A stretch of 64,000 nt of DNA from a virus. The DNA lies in IMG/VR virus record IMGVR_UViG_3300046779_000879, positions 1 through 64,000 of that record. One strand, given 5' to 3'. The notes under the pieces are model-generated. The model worked only from the letters and a program-made list of their open reading frames with translations, made no database searches and was not told the origin of the DNA. The position numbers and the translations under genes were made by a program. Each line of letters starts with the position of its first letter. Positions within the stretch are counted from its first letter, which is position 1. Of the stretch, positions 63,365 to 64,000 are shown in pieces.

Positions 63365-64000
63365 TTTTGACCCTTGCTAATTTTAATTTTTCTAGTATTT
63401 TAAACCACATCCAACCAATATCAAACTCAAACCAACGTCTGCTTAATTTAGGATTTGCAGGTTCAGCATGATGATTGTTGTGCAGTTCTTCACCACCAAT
63501 AATAATTCCAAATATTGATATGTTCTTTGATCGATCTTTGGTATCAGTGTTACGATAACCAAACCAATGACCAACTCCATTCACTATACCTGCTGCCCAG
63601 AATGGAATCCATATCATTTGAATGCCCCATAGTAGCAGACCAATCCAACCAAACAAAATAATATTGATGGCTAACATAATCATTATACCTGCTCTGCTAT
63701 GTTTAGAGTAAATATTATTTTCTACCCAGTCATCTGGAGTTCCAACTCCATATTGATCAATCATCGCTTTATTTTTACTGGCTTCATGATAAAGTAAAGC
63801 ACCACCAAACACAACTCTCCAAATACCATAGACATGAGGTGAGTGTGGATCGCCTTCTTTATCAGAATTCTGATGATGTTTACGATGAATGGCTACCCAC
63901 TGTTTAGTTACCATACCAGTAGTCAGCCACAACCAGAAACGCATAAAGTGTGCGACTGCTGGATGAAATATCAATCCTCTATGAGTCTGCCCTCTATGAA
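63354..64000 (-). CDS. membrane fatty-acid (delta-9-type) desaturase, 5' end outside window
   Basis: His boxes HRGQTH (at window edge), HRKHH and HNNHH; D...DPHSP; FDIGW. Confidence 0.92.
   Translation of the reverse strand, partial: HRGQTHRGLIFHPAVAHFMRFWLWLTTGMVTKQWVAIHRKHHQNSDKEGDPHSPHVYGIWRVVFGGALLYHEASKNKAMIDQYGVGTPDDWVENNIYSKHSRAGIMIMLAINIILFGWIGLLLWGIQMIWIPFWAAGIVNGVGHWFGYRNTDTKDRSKNISIFGIIIGGEELHNNHHAEPANPKLSRRWFEFDIGWMWFKILEKLKLARVKNDN

Noticed and set aside
1-64000. Stop-codon reassignment
   Set aside because: Core genes are full length under the standard code, all three stops are used, and no suppressor tRNA was found.

Overview
The window is a segment of a large, AT-rich T4-like myovirus genome. 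1-13.7 kb is a baseplate, tail and packaging module (gp6, gp25, PAAR, gp5, hub protein, gp53, gp48, gp4, gp2, gp54-like, gp16, gp26/gp51, gp29). It is followed by gp32, gp59 and gp33, then ~48 kb of accessory genes that all lie on the minus strand. These include ClpP, a SleB-type hydrolase, a circularly permuted two-piece tmRNA, and a 5-gene operon (two ferritin-like di-iron proteins, a class I glutamine amidotransferase, a Bug/TctC solute-binding protein and an oxygenase). Also present are an exonuclease, a GH19 endolysin, PhoH, a PlcP-like phosphoesterase next to a GT4 glycosyltransferase, several 2OG-Fe(II) oxygenases, 14 tRNA genes, AhpC/AhpD, dCMP deaminase, RNase H, DsbA, a cluster of secreted and membrane proteins, and a fatty-acid desaturase. 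The Bug protein, the AhpCD pair and the tmRNA tag ANDAQFALAA suggest a betaproteobacterial host (inference). The most striking undescribed element is at 47340-47506, directly upstream of the tRNA array. A 30-codon leader ORF there contains codons read by 13 of the 14 phage tRNAs and overlaps mutually exclusive antiterminator and terminator hairpins. This looks like a ribosome-mediated attenuator that would switch on phage tRNA transcription when decoding of those codons is limiting. The permuted tmRNA, ClpP and an ArfA-like small protein point to a wider phage translation-rescue toolkit. All product calls come from motif recognition by eye; no database searches were run.
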